Of a DNA stretch of 64,000 nucleotides, positions 8,515-17,801 are shown piece by piece; the stretch's first letter is position 1; every line of letters starts with the position of its first letter. The notes beneath the pieces were generated by a model. That model had not been told where the DNA came from, searched no databases, and was given only the letters and a program-made list of their open reading frames with translations. A program made the translations under genes and the position numbers. The DNA comes from Staphylococcus phage vB_SsapH-Golestan-100: the sequence record LC647030.1, one strand, 5' to 3'.

Positions 8515-9438
8515 ATGGTGAAGTTAATGGCAGAGACGTGGAAAGGTGTAAAAGTCAAAACAGACTTATTACCAATCGGTACTAGACGTTCAGGTCAAAA
8601 GTTAACAACAGGGAAGCCAAAATTTATTGTGGCTCATGATACAGGAAACATTAATACTACAGCTCAAAATAATGTAGACTATTACAGAAATAGTTATAAC
8701 ATCTCTTGGGACTTAGTAGCATCAGCTCATATCTTTGTTGATGACAAAGAGGCTATTATTTGTATACCTACTACAGAAAAAGCCTGGCATGTGTTATATG
8801 ATGCACAACAAGATAATGTTTGGTATGGTGTAGATGCTAACGATGGTGCTATTGGTGTAGAAATATCTTACTTCTCAGATAAAGCACGCTCTAAGAAATC
8901 ATTAGAAAATGGAGCAAAAGTTTTAGCTTACTTAGCTGAGTATTGGGGTATTAACTATAAAACTAATATGCCTGGGCATCAGGACATCCAAGCTGGTAAA
9001 CAAGACCCTGGTAACGTATTACAAGCTTCAGGATACGGAAGAGCAACTTCTAACTTAGACAAAATTGTAGCTAAATACTATAAGAAAGATGTAGCTCCTG
9101 CTAAAGACACTACAGCAGAGAAAGCTAAACCTTCTAAACCAGCTCCTAGAACTAAATGGAATTGGAAAGGTACTTTCTATCCAAATACAACTATTAAGGT
9201 TCGTAAGTCCCCTAGTCTTAGTGGAGCTGTAGTTGACTCAGGTTCTTGGTTATATGATAAAAATGACTGGGTAAAATTTGACCAAGTTATTAAAGCTAAT
9301 GGTTATTGGTGGATTAGATTCAAATATCAAGCACCAGGTTCAAGCAAAAATTATTTCTATTGTGCAGTTACTAAAATAACTGACAAGAAAGAAAAAATTA
9401 AGAATGAACGTTACTGGGGAACTATTAAATGGGCGTAA
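8515..9438 (+). CDS. Endolysin: N-acetylmuramoyl-L-alanine amidase (Amidase_2/PGRP) with a C-terminal SH3b-type wall-binding domain
   Basis: KFIVAHDTGN and the HQD zinc-ligand region. The C-terminal about 95 aa end in YWGTIKWA, like the lysostaphin SH3b ending LWGTIK. Confidence 0.8.
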   Translation: MVKLMAETWKGVKVKTDLLPIGTRRSGQKLTTGKPKFIVAHDTGNINTTAQNNVDYYRNSYNISWDLVASAHIFVDDKEAIICIPTTEKAWHVLYDAQQDNVWYGVDANDGAIGVEISYFSDKARSKKSLENGAKVLAYLAEYWGINYKTNMPGHQDIQAGKQDPGNVLQASGYGRATSNLDKIVAKYYKKDVAPAKDTTAEKAKPSKPAPRTKWNWKGTFYPNTTIKVRKSPSLSGAVVDSGSWLYDKNDWVKFDQVIKANGYWWIRFKYQAPGSSKNYFYCAVTKITDKKEKIKNERYWGTIKWA

Positions 9439-9503
9439 GCATATAAGACAAAAGAGGCTAGATGATTCTAGCCCCTTATCTATATTAGAAAGGATGTAAT
9501 AGA

Positions 9504-10247
9504 ATGGCAACAGCAAAGTTGACACAAAAAGAGTTTATAGCATGGATGAATCAGTCCATTGGTAAACGTTATGATGCAGATGGTTGGTTTGGTTTTCAGT
9601 GCTATGACTATGCAAACGCAGGATGGCTAAAGTTATTCCCTGGTAAGATGCTTTCAGGAGCATATGCAAAAAATATCGCAGGAGATAACAAAGCTATATT
9701 CAAAAACACAGCTACTATCTATATGTGTATATTCCCTGGTACATACGGTAATGGGGCTGGTCATGTTGCATGGGTACTATCTGCAACGTTAAACAGCTTA
9801 ACTCTCCTAGAACAGAATTGGCTTGGAGGAGGCTGGACAGAAGGTGGAGAAATGGGAGGTACAGGTTGGGAAACAGTAACAAAACGTGTACACAACTATG
9901 ACCCTAACATGATTTTTGTTAGACCTAAATTCAAGAAACTACCTGTACCTAAGCCTTCTAAGAAAATTACATGGGCTTGGAAAGGACGCTTTACAGCTAA
10001 TACTACTATCAAAGTTAGACGTAGTGCTGGATTAAAAGGTTCTATTGTAGATAAAGGCTCTTGGCTATACGCTAACCAATGGGTAGACTTTGTATCTATC
10101 ACTAAAAAAGACGGTTACTGGTGGATTAAGTTTAAATACCCAACAAACCCTTCAGCAGGTTATTTCTACTTAGCAGTATGTAAAATCACCGATAAGAAAG
10201 AAAGAATCAAGAGTGAGAAATATTGGGGAAAAATTAAGTGGAAATAA
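9504..10247 (+). CDS. Endolysin: CHAP-domain peptidase with a C-terminal SH3b-type wall-binding domain
   Basis: FQCYDY...GHVAW gives the Cys/His CHAP catalytic pair. Its C-terminal domain is a paralog of the one in 8515..9438 (WAWKGRF...YWGKIKW). Confidence 0.8.
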   Translation: MATAKLTQKEFIAWMNQSIGKRYDADGWFGFQCYDYANAGWLKLFPGKMLSGAYAKNIAGDNKAIFKNTATIYMCIFPGTYGNGAGHVAWVLSATLNSLTLLEQNWLGGGWTEGGEMGGTGWETVTKRVHNYDPNMIFVRPKFKKLPVPKPSKKITWAWKGRFTANTTIKVRRSAGLKGSIVDKGSWLYANQWVDFVSITKKDGYWWIKFKYPTNPSAGYFYLAVCKITDKKERIKSEKYWGKIKWK

Positions 10248-10255
10248 GTTAAAAC

Positions 10256-10286
10256 TAGAGAGCTATTAATTTAGCTCTCTTTTTTG
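10256..10286 (+). terminator. Rho-independent terminator
   Basis: Hairpin agagagctattaatttagctctct followed by T6. Confidence 0.6.
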
Positions 10287-10343
10287 TTGACAATAAAGTA
10301 GCGTTATTATATTATTGAAAGTAAACTAAAAGGAGGTATAAAA

Positions 10344-11627
10344 GTGAAAAGTGGAAAACAAAATAAGCTTATAAGTGATGTGTTAGTAATTGCTATAGGT
10401 ATCGTAGTCATTTTAGGTCTTATTTTCTTGTATGTGAATAATAGAAAGTTATCTTCTGATGCAGAGAATCTAGAAGATAAGGTGGAGCTTTACAAAGAGC
10501 GTTCAGAAGATAGTAAGAGTAAACTAGATGAAGCTCAAAAGCAAATAATAAAAATAAAAAAAGACTCCGACTACAAAGACTATAATAAGAAGAGTAAACA
10601 AGAAAAAATAGAAGACGCAGAAAAAATGAAAGAAACAATAGATAAAGAATCCAACAAAGATAAGTCTATTAAAGAAGTTATTAGTGACGATACTAAAATG
10701 AAGGATAGCTCTAATAAAGAAGTAAGAGCTAATGAAAGTGAGGGTTACAAAGCAGGTGATAAAGAGTCTTTAGATAGAGCTCGAAGCGCACAAGCACCTG
10801 TACCAGCTCAGGATGATTCATTAGTTAATAACCCTTACAATACCTCACCAAATATAAATAGCTCCTCTCCGCCCGTTATTGGTCAAGAATATGGAAGTAT
10901 AATAGACCCTGATGTTAATGTTAATCCTAACCCTAACATTAATACCCCAGGAGGTTTAGGAGGAGGAGATGACAACAATGCAGAGGGTGTTGACAATGGA
11001 GTAACACAGCCTTCTCCACCTACTGATAACCCTGAAGACCCTGATGTTAATGTAAACCCTAACCCCGACCCTAACACTCCTGGAGGAATAGGAGGGGGAG
11101 CTAATTCAGGTACTAACAACGGGGATAGTAATAATGGTGGAGATGGAAACACTACACCTATAGAGCCTGAGCCTACAGACCCTACTGTACCAACTGACCC
11201 TGACGTTAATATTAACCCTAATCCTGACCCTAATACACCTGGAGGAATAGGAGGAGGTAATACAGATGGTGGTAACGGGGAAGTTACTAATCCTGAAGAG
11301 CCTTCTGATAATGGCAATACAGATGGTGGTAGTGGAGAAGAGGCTACTGAACCTGAAGTCCCTCCAGCAGAAGACAACAATGAAAACAGTAATGGAGAAG
11401 AGACAGTCAACCCTACACCTCCTGAAGAAGGGCAAGATAATACAGAAGAAGAAGTAACTAATCCTTCGCCTCCTGAAGAGGAAGAACCTAATATGGAAGA
11501 AGATGGAGGTAACTCTGAGAATCCTGAAGAGACTATAGAAACTGGAGAAGAGACACCTGATAATGAGACAGAAAATGCTCAAGAAGAACAAACATTAGAA
11601 CCCACAGACCCTCAATTAGGACAGTAG
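10344..11627 (+). CDS. Membrane-anchored low-complexity repeat protein (427 aa)
   Basis: GTG start with RBS aaaggagg. An N-terminal TM helix, a coiled coil, three DPDVN(V/I)NPNP(D/N)PNTPGGIGGG repeats and an acidic tail. Confidence 0.6.
   Translation: MKSGKQNKLISDVLVIAIGIVVILGLIFLYVNNRKLSSDAENLEDKVELYKERSEDSKSKLDEAQKQIIKIKKDSDYKDYNKKSKQEKIEDAEKMKETIDKESNKDKSIKEVISDDTKMKDSSNKEVRANESEGYKAGDKESLDRARSAQAPVPAQDDSLVNNPYNTSPNINSSSPPVIGQEYGSIIDPDVNVNPNPNINTPGGLGGGDDNNAEGVDNGVTQPSPPTDNPEDPDVNVNPNPDPNTPGGIGGGANSGTNNGDSNNGGDGNTTPIEPEPTDPTVPTDPDVNINPNPDPNTPGGIGGGNTDGGNGEVTNPEEPSDNGNTDGGSGEEATEPEVPPAEDNNENSNGEETVNPTPPEEGQDNTEEEVTNPSPPEEEEPNMEEDGGNSENPEETIETGEETPDNETENAQEEQTLEPTDPQLGQ
10905..11265 (+). 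repeat. Three imperfect about 63-bp direct repeats inside CDS 10344..11627
   Basis: gaccctgatgttaatgt...ggaggag at about 10905, 11037 and 11199. Confidence 0.6.
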
Positions 11628-11647
11628 ACCATCTACTGTCCTTTTTG
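11619..11647 (+). terminator. Rho-independent terminator
   Basis: ggacagtag/ctactgtcc 9-bp stem followed by tttttg. The stop codon lies within the stem. Confidence 0.6.
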
Positions 11648-11694
11648 ATGCTATATTAATAAAGTAGAAATTAAATTGAGTGAGGTGTTTTTCT

Positions 11695-12105
11695 ATGACT
11701 TTTGACAAGGTTTTAACTATATCTACACTATCCGTTATCCTACTATCTATCTCTTTATTACTATTAGTTGTCTACTTAGGAATAAACAAGAAGAAAAACA
11801 TACTACAGAACACGGTATTGTATGGTATACTAATATTAGGCACATATATTTTAGCTGTGGCTTTTTCCCGAACTTCTAGTTTAATAAAGACAGACATATT
11901 GAACAACACGGAATCTGCAAATAGATTTAATAGTTTTACTGAACCGTATGTTGTAGTTGAACTTGTATTAACTGGAGTTGTTATAGGGGTAATAGCATGG
12001 ATAATAACAAAATACGTGAAACGACATAGATTCAAGTGGATAGGTAGTGATAAACTTGGTATTTTCTCAGGATGGGAAATGGAAAGAAGCAAAAGACTTT
12101 ATTAG
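11695..12105 (+). CDS. Three-TM membrane protein; holin candidate
   Basis: ATG with a gagtgaggtg RBS; the track start at 11680 is GTG. Three hydrophobic helices and a charged C-terminus. Confidence 0.45.
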   Translation: MTFDKVLTISTLSVILLSISLLLLVVYLGINKKKNILQNTVLYGILILGTYILAVAFSRTSSLIKTDILNNTESANRFNSFTEPYVVVELVLTGVVIGVIAWIITKYVKRHRFKWIGSDKLGIFSGWEMERSKRLY

Positions 12106-12412
12106 AGAGCAAGGACAAGATGGTAATTGGATAGAAGTTGTAGACTACTACCGACAAATAGGAGGAAAGCATGTAGCTGTATTTGTAGCTATAGATAGAG
12201 TGCAGTATAGGATTTTAGAAGCTACAACTGATAACAAAGTTGTTTTAATAGATGCTAACGATACTATACACCTAATGGATTATAATCTTGTTATGGAAAG
12301 CAGAAAAACATTTTATTACATAGAACAACCAACACATCAGGAAGTAGAAATAGAGCCTGAGATAAGTAAAGTATTATATAATACAACAGATAAATTAACA
12401 TTAAGTAAATAA
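12047..12412 (+). CDS. Hypothetical protein (121 aa); start uncertain
   Basis: GTG start overlapping the upstream gene by 59 nt in the +1 frame. No good RBS. Confidence 0.35.
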   Translation: MINLVFSQDGKWKEAKDFIREQGQDGNWIEVVDYYRQIGGKHVAVFVAIDRVQYRILEATTDNKVVLIDANDTIHLMDYNLVMESRKTFYYIEQPTHQEVEIEPEISKVLYNTTDKLTLSK

Positions 12413-12426
12413 GGAGGGCTAACAAC

Positions 12427-14091
12427 GTGGGTTTTTTTGAGAAATTAGCACTTTCAGGTACACAACAAAATAATAATCAGCAACCAAATACACTAGCTAG
12501 TCAAGTTGACGCTGAACAACTTACTAGTAGTATCAAAAGCTATGAAGACTTACTTAAAAAAGGGTATGTTGAAAAAGCTATAGGCCAAGAAGATACTGCA
12601 CAACAAGAACCTTTACTAGGTATGATGAGTGTTAACCCTGACTATAGGGAAAAGAATAACTATACTAAAAGTATGCATAGAGTCCAAGAAGTTCTTAAGC
12701 GTTTTGGTAATAACATTATTGTCAATGCTATTATTAACACACGTTCTGACCAAGTATCTTTATACTGTCAACCTACTAGATACTCTAAAAAAGGTATGGG
12801 ATTTGAAGTAAGATTAAAAGATGTTACAGCAGAGGCTACAGACTCTGAGAAAAAAGAAATGAAAGAGATAGAAGATTTCTTAGTTAATACATCTAAAAAA
12901 GTAGATACAGAAAGAGATTCTTTTTATGACTTTTGTAAGAAAATAATAAGAGACACGTTATTATATGACCAAGTAAACTTTGAGAAAAATATAGATAAGA
13001 ATACAGGAGAGTTATTATCTTTCTTAGCTGTTGACCCTACGACTATATTTTACAAAACTAAAGATAGTAAAATTGTAAGGAATAAAGAAAAGTTACCAAA
13101 GTTTGTACAAGTTATAGATGATAAAGTTGTTAATGAGTACACTGCAAGAGAGATGGCTATGGGAGTAAGAAGACCTAGAACAGACATATCTTCTAGTGGT
13201 TATGGGTACTCAGAACTAGAAGTAGCATTAAAGCAGATTATAGCTCATGAAAATACAGAAGCTTTTAATGATAGATTCTTCTCTCACGGTGGTACTACTA
13301 GAGGTGTGTTATTAATTAAGCAAGAGCAACAATCTACTACATATGCTTTAGAGAACTTTAAACGTGAATGGAAATCAAGTCTTTCAGGTATTAATGGTTC
13401 ATGGCAAATACCTGTAATCAATGCTGAAGATGTTAAGTTCATTAACATGACACCTACAGCTAATGACATGCAATTTGAGAAATGGTTAAACTATCTTATC
13501 AATGTTATCTGTTCTGTATATGGTATTGACCCATCTGAAATCAACTTCCCTAACAGAGGGGGAGCAACAGGTTCAAAATCAAACTCCTTGAATGAAGGTA
13601 ATTCTTCTGAAAAACACAGAGATTCAAAAACTAAAGGTTTAGAGCCTTTACTGAAGTTTATCGAAAACATGATAAATAAATATATTATCCCTGAGTTTAA
13701 TGATAAATATACATTTGAATTTAGTGGTGGAGATAATAAAACAGAACTTGAAAAACTTGCAATTCTTGAGAAACAAATGGAACTATTTAAAACTCCTGAT
13801 GAAGCACGTGTTGAACAAGGCGCTGAAGGTACTGTACCAGGTGGAGATACAATCCTAAATGGTGTAGCAGTCCAAAGACAAATTCAATTGATGCAAGAGA
13901 AAGAGTTTGCTTACAAACAAGAAAGAGATAAGAAAGAAGATGCTAAAGAACAAGAACAACAAGATGCTAATGACAATGAACAAGAACAGCCTGAAGAGGA
14001 GCAATCTAATTCAGATGTTAAAGGTCAAATGAAAGACCATTCTAACGACAGAGACAATGCATCAGGAAACATAAAAATGCCTAAACAATAA
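12427..14091 (+). CDS. Portal protein
   Basis: GTG with an aaggaggg RBS. 554 aa, with position and size like Twort-like portal proteins. Acidic C-terminal tail. Confidence 0.65.
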   Translation: MGFFEKLALSGTQQNNNQQPNTLASQVDAEQLTSSIKSYEDLLKKGYVEKAIGQEDTAQQEPLLGMMSVNPDYREKNNYTKSMHRVQEVLKRFGNNIIVNAIINTRSDQVSLYCQPTRYSKKGMGFEVRLKDVTAEATDSEKKEMKEIEDFLVNTSKKVDTERDSFYDFCKKIIRDTLLYDQVNFEKNIDKNTGELLSFLAVDPTTIFYKTKDSKIVRNKEKLPKFVQVIDDKVVNEYTAREMAMGVRRPRTDISSSGYGYSELEVALKQIIAHENTEAFNDRFFSHGGTTRGVLLIKQEQQSTTYALENFKREWKSSLSGINGSWQIPVINAEDVKFINMTPTANDMQFEKWLNYLINVICSVYGIDPSEINFPNRGGATGSKSNSLNEGNSSEKHRDSKTKGLEPLLKFIENMINKYIIPEFNDKYTFEFSGGDNKTELEKLAILEKQMELFKTPDEARVEQGAEGTVPGGDTILNGVAVQRQIQLMQEKEFAYKQERDKKEDAKEQEQQDANDNEQEQPEEEQSNSDVKGQMKDHSNDRDNASGNIKMPKQ

Positions 14092-14097
14092 TAAGTG

Positions 14098-14124
14098 TAG
14101 GGGTACACCCCCTATGCTTTTTAT
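14098..14124 (+). terminator. Rho-independent terminator
   Basis: tagggg-tacac-ccccta hairpin followed by gcttttta. Confidence 0.5.
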
Positions 14125-14171
14125 AATAAAAAATAGCAATAATATGATACTATAACTATAGGTAGTTAAAA

Positions 14172-15023
14172 GTGCTATATTATGAAGGAAATCCAAAAAG
14201 AGGAGTGAATATCCTTGTGAATAATGTAGAAACAAAGTCAATGAGTATTTTCCTTCCCATAGACACTGTTAAGTCTGTAGATACAGAGGCAGAAAAGAAA
14301 ACAGTCTATGTACAAGGATGGGCTTCTAATGACACTTTAGACTTACAAAATGAGATAGTAAATCCAACAGGTATTGACATTTCTTATTTTAAAGAACATG
14401 GTTGGATAAACTATGAGCACCAACAAGATGCTGAGTATGTTATTGGTGTACCTACAGAGAACTGTAGCGTAGATGTGAATAAAGGATTATTTGTAGAAGC
14501 TAAACTTTTTGATGAAAATCCTTATGCACAAACCATTATAACCTTAGCTGATACCTTAACTAAAACAGGTGTTGAACGCAAATTAGGTTTCTCTATAGAA
14601 GGTGTAATTAAACAACGTAATGAGAATGACAGTCGTATTATAGAGGAAGTTATGATTACTAATGTTGCTATCACAAAATCTCCTGCTAATCCAACAGCTA
14701 CATGGGATGTATTCAGGAAGAGTTTAACATCTAAAGCTTTTGAAACAGGTCATGGTACTTCACCTGAAACTCAAGTAGATGGTGGAGCTGTGAGAAGAGA
14801 ATCCTTAGCACAAAGTATTACAAGACTATCAGATGTGTACTCCTTAGATAACGCACAAGCAATTAGAGACACATGGAAGTCTGTAGTTGATTGTTTAGAA
14901 AGTGAGAATAAACTAGATTATAATACAGCAGTTCTTACTCTTCAAGTTGTAAAAGGACTTTCAAGAGTAGAAGCAGAAAGAGCTGTATTAAACATGAGAG
15001 AGGAGCAATTGAGGAATGGGTAA
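14172..15023 (+). CDS. Prohead (maturation) protease
   Basis: VQGWASNDTLDLQNEIVNPTGI matches the HK97-family S78/U35 prohead-protease N-terminal region. It sits between the portal and the scaffold/MCP genes. Confidence 0.65.
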   Translation: MLYYEGNPKRGVNILVNNVETKSMSIFLPIDTVKSVDTEAEKKTVYVQGWASNDTLDLQNEIVNPTGIDISYFKEHGWINYEHQQDAEYVIGVPTENCSVDVNKGLFVEAKLFDENPYAQTIITLADTLTKTGVERKLGFSIEGVIKQRNENDSRIIEEVMITNVAITKSPANPTATWDVFRKSLTSKAFETGHGTSPETQVDGGAVRRESLAQSITRLSDVYSLDNAQAIRDTWKSVVDCLESENKLDYNTAVLTLQVVKGLSRVEAERAVLNMREEQLRNG

Positions 15024-15918
15024 TTTCTTAGATAAATTTGAAGAAACAGAAAAATCTGTAGAAGAAAACAAAGAGCAAGAAGTAGTAGAGCAAGAACAAG
15101 AAGCAGGTAAAGAAGAGGAAGTTGAGAAATCAGCTAAAGAATCTAATGACCCTGTAGACCATACAGATACTAACACAGAAGATAAAGACAACAAGAAACG
15201 TAAAGATAAAAAAGATGAAGATGAGGAAGATGAAGACAAGGAAGCTGAAAAGTCTACTGATGACTCAAAAGATAAAAAAGAAACAGACTCTAAAGAAGAA
15301 GAGGAAGAATCTGATAAAGATAAGAACTCTAAAGAAGTAAAAGATAAAGACAAGAAGAAAGAAGACAAGACTGAAAAATCTTTAACTACTGAAGAGACTT
15401 TAGCTAAAGCTTTAGAGACATTTACAACAACTGTTAAATCACTTGAAGACAAACTAGATGCTGTTTTAAATCAAGAAAAAGAGAACAAAGAAGAAGAAAC
15501 AGCTAAATCTATTGAAGACAAGATTGTAGAAGAACAAGAAGTAAATGAAGAACAACCTGAAGAAAAACCTGAACAACAAGAACAACCTGAAGAAAAAGAA
15601 GAGCATCCTGAAGAGCAACAAGTAGAAAAATCTGTAACTTCTAAAGAAGAAGGTAATGGAGAAGCTGTAGAAAAATCATTCTCTTCTGCTGAAGAAGAAA
15701 CTGAAGAAACAGCTAAATCTATTGAAGAACAAGAAGAGGAAGAAACTGATTTTGATTTTGTTAAGAAAAACAAAGATGCTTACATCCAAGCGTACAAAAC
15801 TAAAACTGACAACAGACAGTTTAGAGACCTTGATGTAGCTAAAAATGCTTGGTACAGAATTGGTACAGGTAGAGGTTCTGAGCAAGATAAAAACATAATC
15901 AAATCCTTCTTGAAGTAA
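15016..15918 (+). CDS. Highly acidic E/K-rich scaffold-like protein
   Basis: 300 aa with extreme E/K/D composition, lying between the protease and the MCP. Confidence 0.5.
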   Translation: MGNFLDKFEETEKSVEENKEQEVVEQEQEAGKEEEVEKSAKESNDPVDHTDTNTEDKDNKKRKDKKDEDEEDEDKEAEKSTDDSKDKKETDSKEEEEESDKDKNSKEVKDKDKKKEDKTEKSLTTEETLAKALETFTTTVKSLEDKLDAVLNQEKENKEEETAKSIEDKIVEEQEVNEEQPEEKPEQQEQPEEKEEHPEEQQVEKSVTSKEEGNGEAVEKSFSSAEEETEETAKSIEEQEEEETDFDFVKKNKDAYIQAYKTKTDNRQFRDLDVAKNAWYRIGTGRGSEQDKNIIKSFLK

Positions 15919-16018
15919 TTTATGAAATAAAGTAACTAAGGTGTGCTATATTATAAGCATACCTAGTTAGACAAATAAAATACATAAACTAAAACCCATA
16001 CGAAAGGTGATTTAATAA

Positions 16019-17407
16019 ATGGCAGACAATAATATCGAAAAACAATTATCTTCAGCTCAAGAACAAGCTTTAAAAGCTTTCCAAACAGGATACGGAGTTA
16101 GCCCTGATACACAAGTAGATGCAGGTGCGCTACGTAGAGAAGCATTAGACTCTGAAATCACGACATTAACTTATGACCGTAAAGATTTAACTTTATGGAA
16201 AGACTTAGTACAAACTACACGTCCAGCAGAATCAACTGTACAAAAGTACGTTGTATTTGATAGCTATGGTGAAGTTGGTTCAAGCCGATTCACTCCTGAG
16301 ATTGGATTAGCTCCTGAAAATGACCCAGCATTACGTCAAAAAACAGTATCTATGAAGTTCGTATCTGATACTCGTAGATTATCTATCGCTTCACAAGTAG
16401 TAACTAATATCGCTGACCCTGAGCGTGTAGAATTAAACGCAGGTATCGTAACAGTTGCAAAATCAATTGAATGGGCTTCATTCTATGGTGATGCTTCATT
16501 AGCTCCTGAAGGTGAAGAAGGTTATGAATTTGATGGATTAGCTACATTAATCCCTGAACGTAACGTAATGGACTTACGTGGACGTGACTTAGAAGAACGT
16601 GACTTAAATCAGGCGGCCACAATTATCGGTACTGGTTATGGTCAACCAACTGATGCTTACATGCCTATCGGTGTACAAGCTTCATTCAACAATAACTTAT
16701 TAGACCGTCAACGTCAATTAGTACGTGACAATAACGGTAACGTTGCTACTGGTTATGCAGTAACTCAATTCTTCTCAGCTCGTGGTTTGATTAACTTACA
16801 CGGTTCTACTGTAATGGACTTAGACAACATCTTAGATGAAAACTATGTTCCTCGTAACGGTTTAGCTCCACAACAAGCTAAAGTTACTGCTACAGTTAAA
16901 ACTGGTCAAAAAGGTGAATTTGCTGATGTAGACTTAGCTACTCATTCATATAAAGTAGTTGTTAACTCATCTAGCTCTAAATCATTACCATCTGAAGAAG
17001 TTACAGCAGTTGTAGCTAACAAAGATGACGGTGTAGAATTAAAAATTCAAATGACTTCATTATACCAAAACCGTCCAGTATCTGTATCTGTATACCGTAA
17101 AGCAAATGATGGAGTACGTCAATACTACTTATTAGAACGTATTTCAGTTTCTGAAGCAGATGAAGATGGTATCATCACATTTGTAGACAAAAACCAAACA
17201 ATCCCAGGTACAGCAGACGTGTTCGTAGGTGAGTTACACCCTGACGTAATCCACTTATTCGAGTTGTTACCAATGATGCGTTTAGACTTAGCTCAAGTAA
17301 CATCAGCTAAACAGTTCGCAGTATTATGGTATGGTGCCTTAGCTCTACGTGCTCCTAAACGTTGGGTACGCATCAAAAACGTTGGTTACTTAGCTTCTTA
17401 CCGTTAA
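16019..17407 (+). CDS. Major capsid protein
   Basis: 462 aa with highly expressed-gene codon usage. It follows the protease and scaffold and is followed by a strong terminator. The N-terminal propeptide motif is shared with the protease. Confidence 0.75.
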   Translation: MADNNIEKQLSSAQEQALKAFQTGYGVSPDTQVDAGALRREALDSEITTLTYDRKDLTLWKDLVQTTRPAESTVQKYVVFDSYGEVGSSRFTPEIGLAPENDPALRQKTVSMKFVSDTRRLSIASQVVTNIADPERVELNAGIVTVAKSIEWASFYGDASLAPEGEEGYEFDGLATLIPERNVMDLRGRDLEERDLNQAATIIGTGYGQPTDAYMPIGVQASFNNNLLDRQRQLVRDNNGNVATGYAVTQFFSARGLINLHGSTVMDLDNILDENYVPRNGLAPQQAKVTATVKTGQKGEFADVDLATHSYKVVVNSSSSKSLPSEEVTAVVANKDDGVELKIQMTSLYQNRPVSVSVYRKANDGVRQYYLLERISVSEADEDGIITFVDKNQTIPGTADVFVGELHPDVIHLFELLPMMRLDLAQVTSAKQFAVLWYGALALRAPKRWVRIKNVGYLASYR

Positions 17408-17448
17408 GATAATGCAACCTAATAACAACTAAATAGCAATAAAATTAA

Positions 17449-17481
17449 ATAGTGGGTATCTAATATCCACTATTTTTTTAT
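17449..17481 (+). terminator. Rho-independent terminator after the capsid gene
   Basis: atagtgg/ccactat stem followed by T7. Confidence 0.6.
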
Positions 17482-17510
17482 TTAATAAAACAAATAGAGG
17501 AGACTAAACT

Positions 17511-17789
17511 ATGTTATATAATTTTGACTATAAAGGTAAAACATTAGCAACACACTATGGAGATTTAGAAGTTGGAGAAGATGGAGTAATTAAAGGTCTT
17601 ACAAAAGCTCAAGAACAAGCAATGGGTAAACTACAAGGTTTCCGCTATGAAGAACCTGAAGTAGCACCTAAGAAGACAGCATCAAAATCAAATACAACTA
17701 AATCTAATACAGCGTCTAAGAGTACAACAAAAACTACACCTAAAAAGACGACAACACGTAAAACTACTACTAAGAAAACTGAAGAGTAA
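17511..17789 (+). CDS. Small protein with a K/T-rich basic tail (92 aa)
   Basis: ORF with RBS agaggag. Confidence 0.45.
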   Translation: MLYNFDYKGKTLATHYGDLEVGEDGVIKGLTKAQEQAMGKLQGFRYEEPEVAPKKTASKSNTTKSNTASKSTTKTTPKKTTTRKTTTKKTEE

Positions 17790-17801
17790 GGAGGGCTCTA
17801 T

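Noticed and set aside
10883-11591. Minus-strand ORFs 10883..11410 and 11106..11591, and the plus-strand ORF 11266..11457
   Set aside because: They lie wholly inside the repeat region of the 10344..11627 gene. They are repeat-driven open frames with no start signals.
11680-12412. Possible frameshift fusion of 11680..12105 with the overlapping +1 ORF 12047..12412
   Set aside because: No slippery site was found. The downstream ORF has a possible GTG start. It is treated as two genes with an uncertain second start.
14988-15885. Minus-strand ORFs 14988..15452, 15471..15773 and 15676..15885 (Ser/Cys-rich)
   Set aside because: They are antisense mirrors of the E/K-rich scaffold-like gene. They are low-complexity, lack an RBS and are unlikely to be translated.
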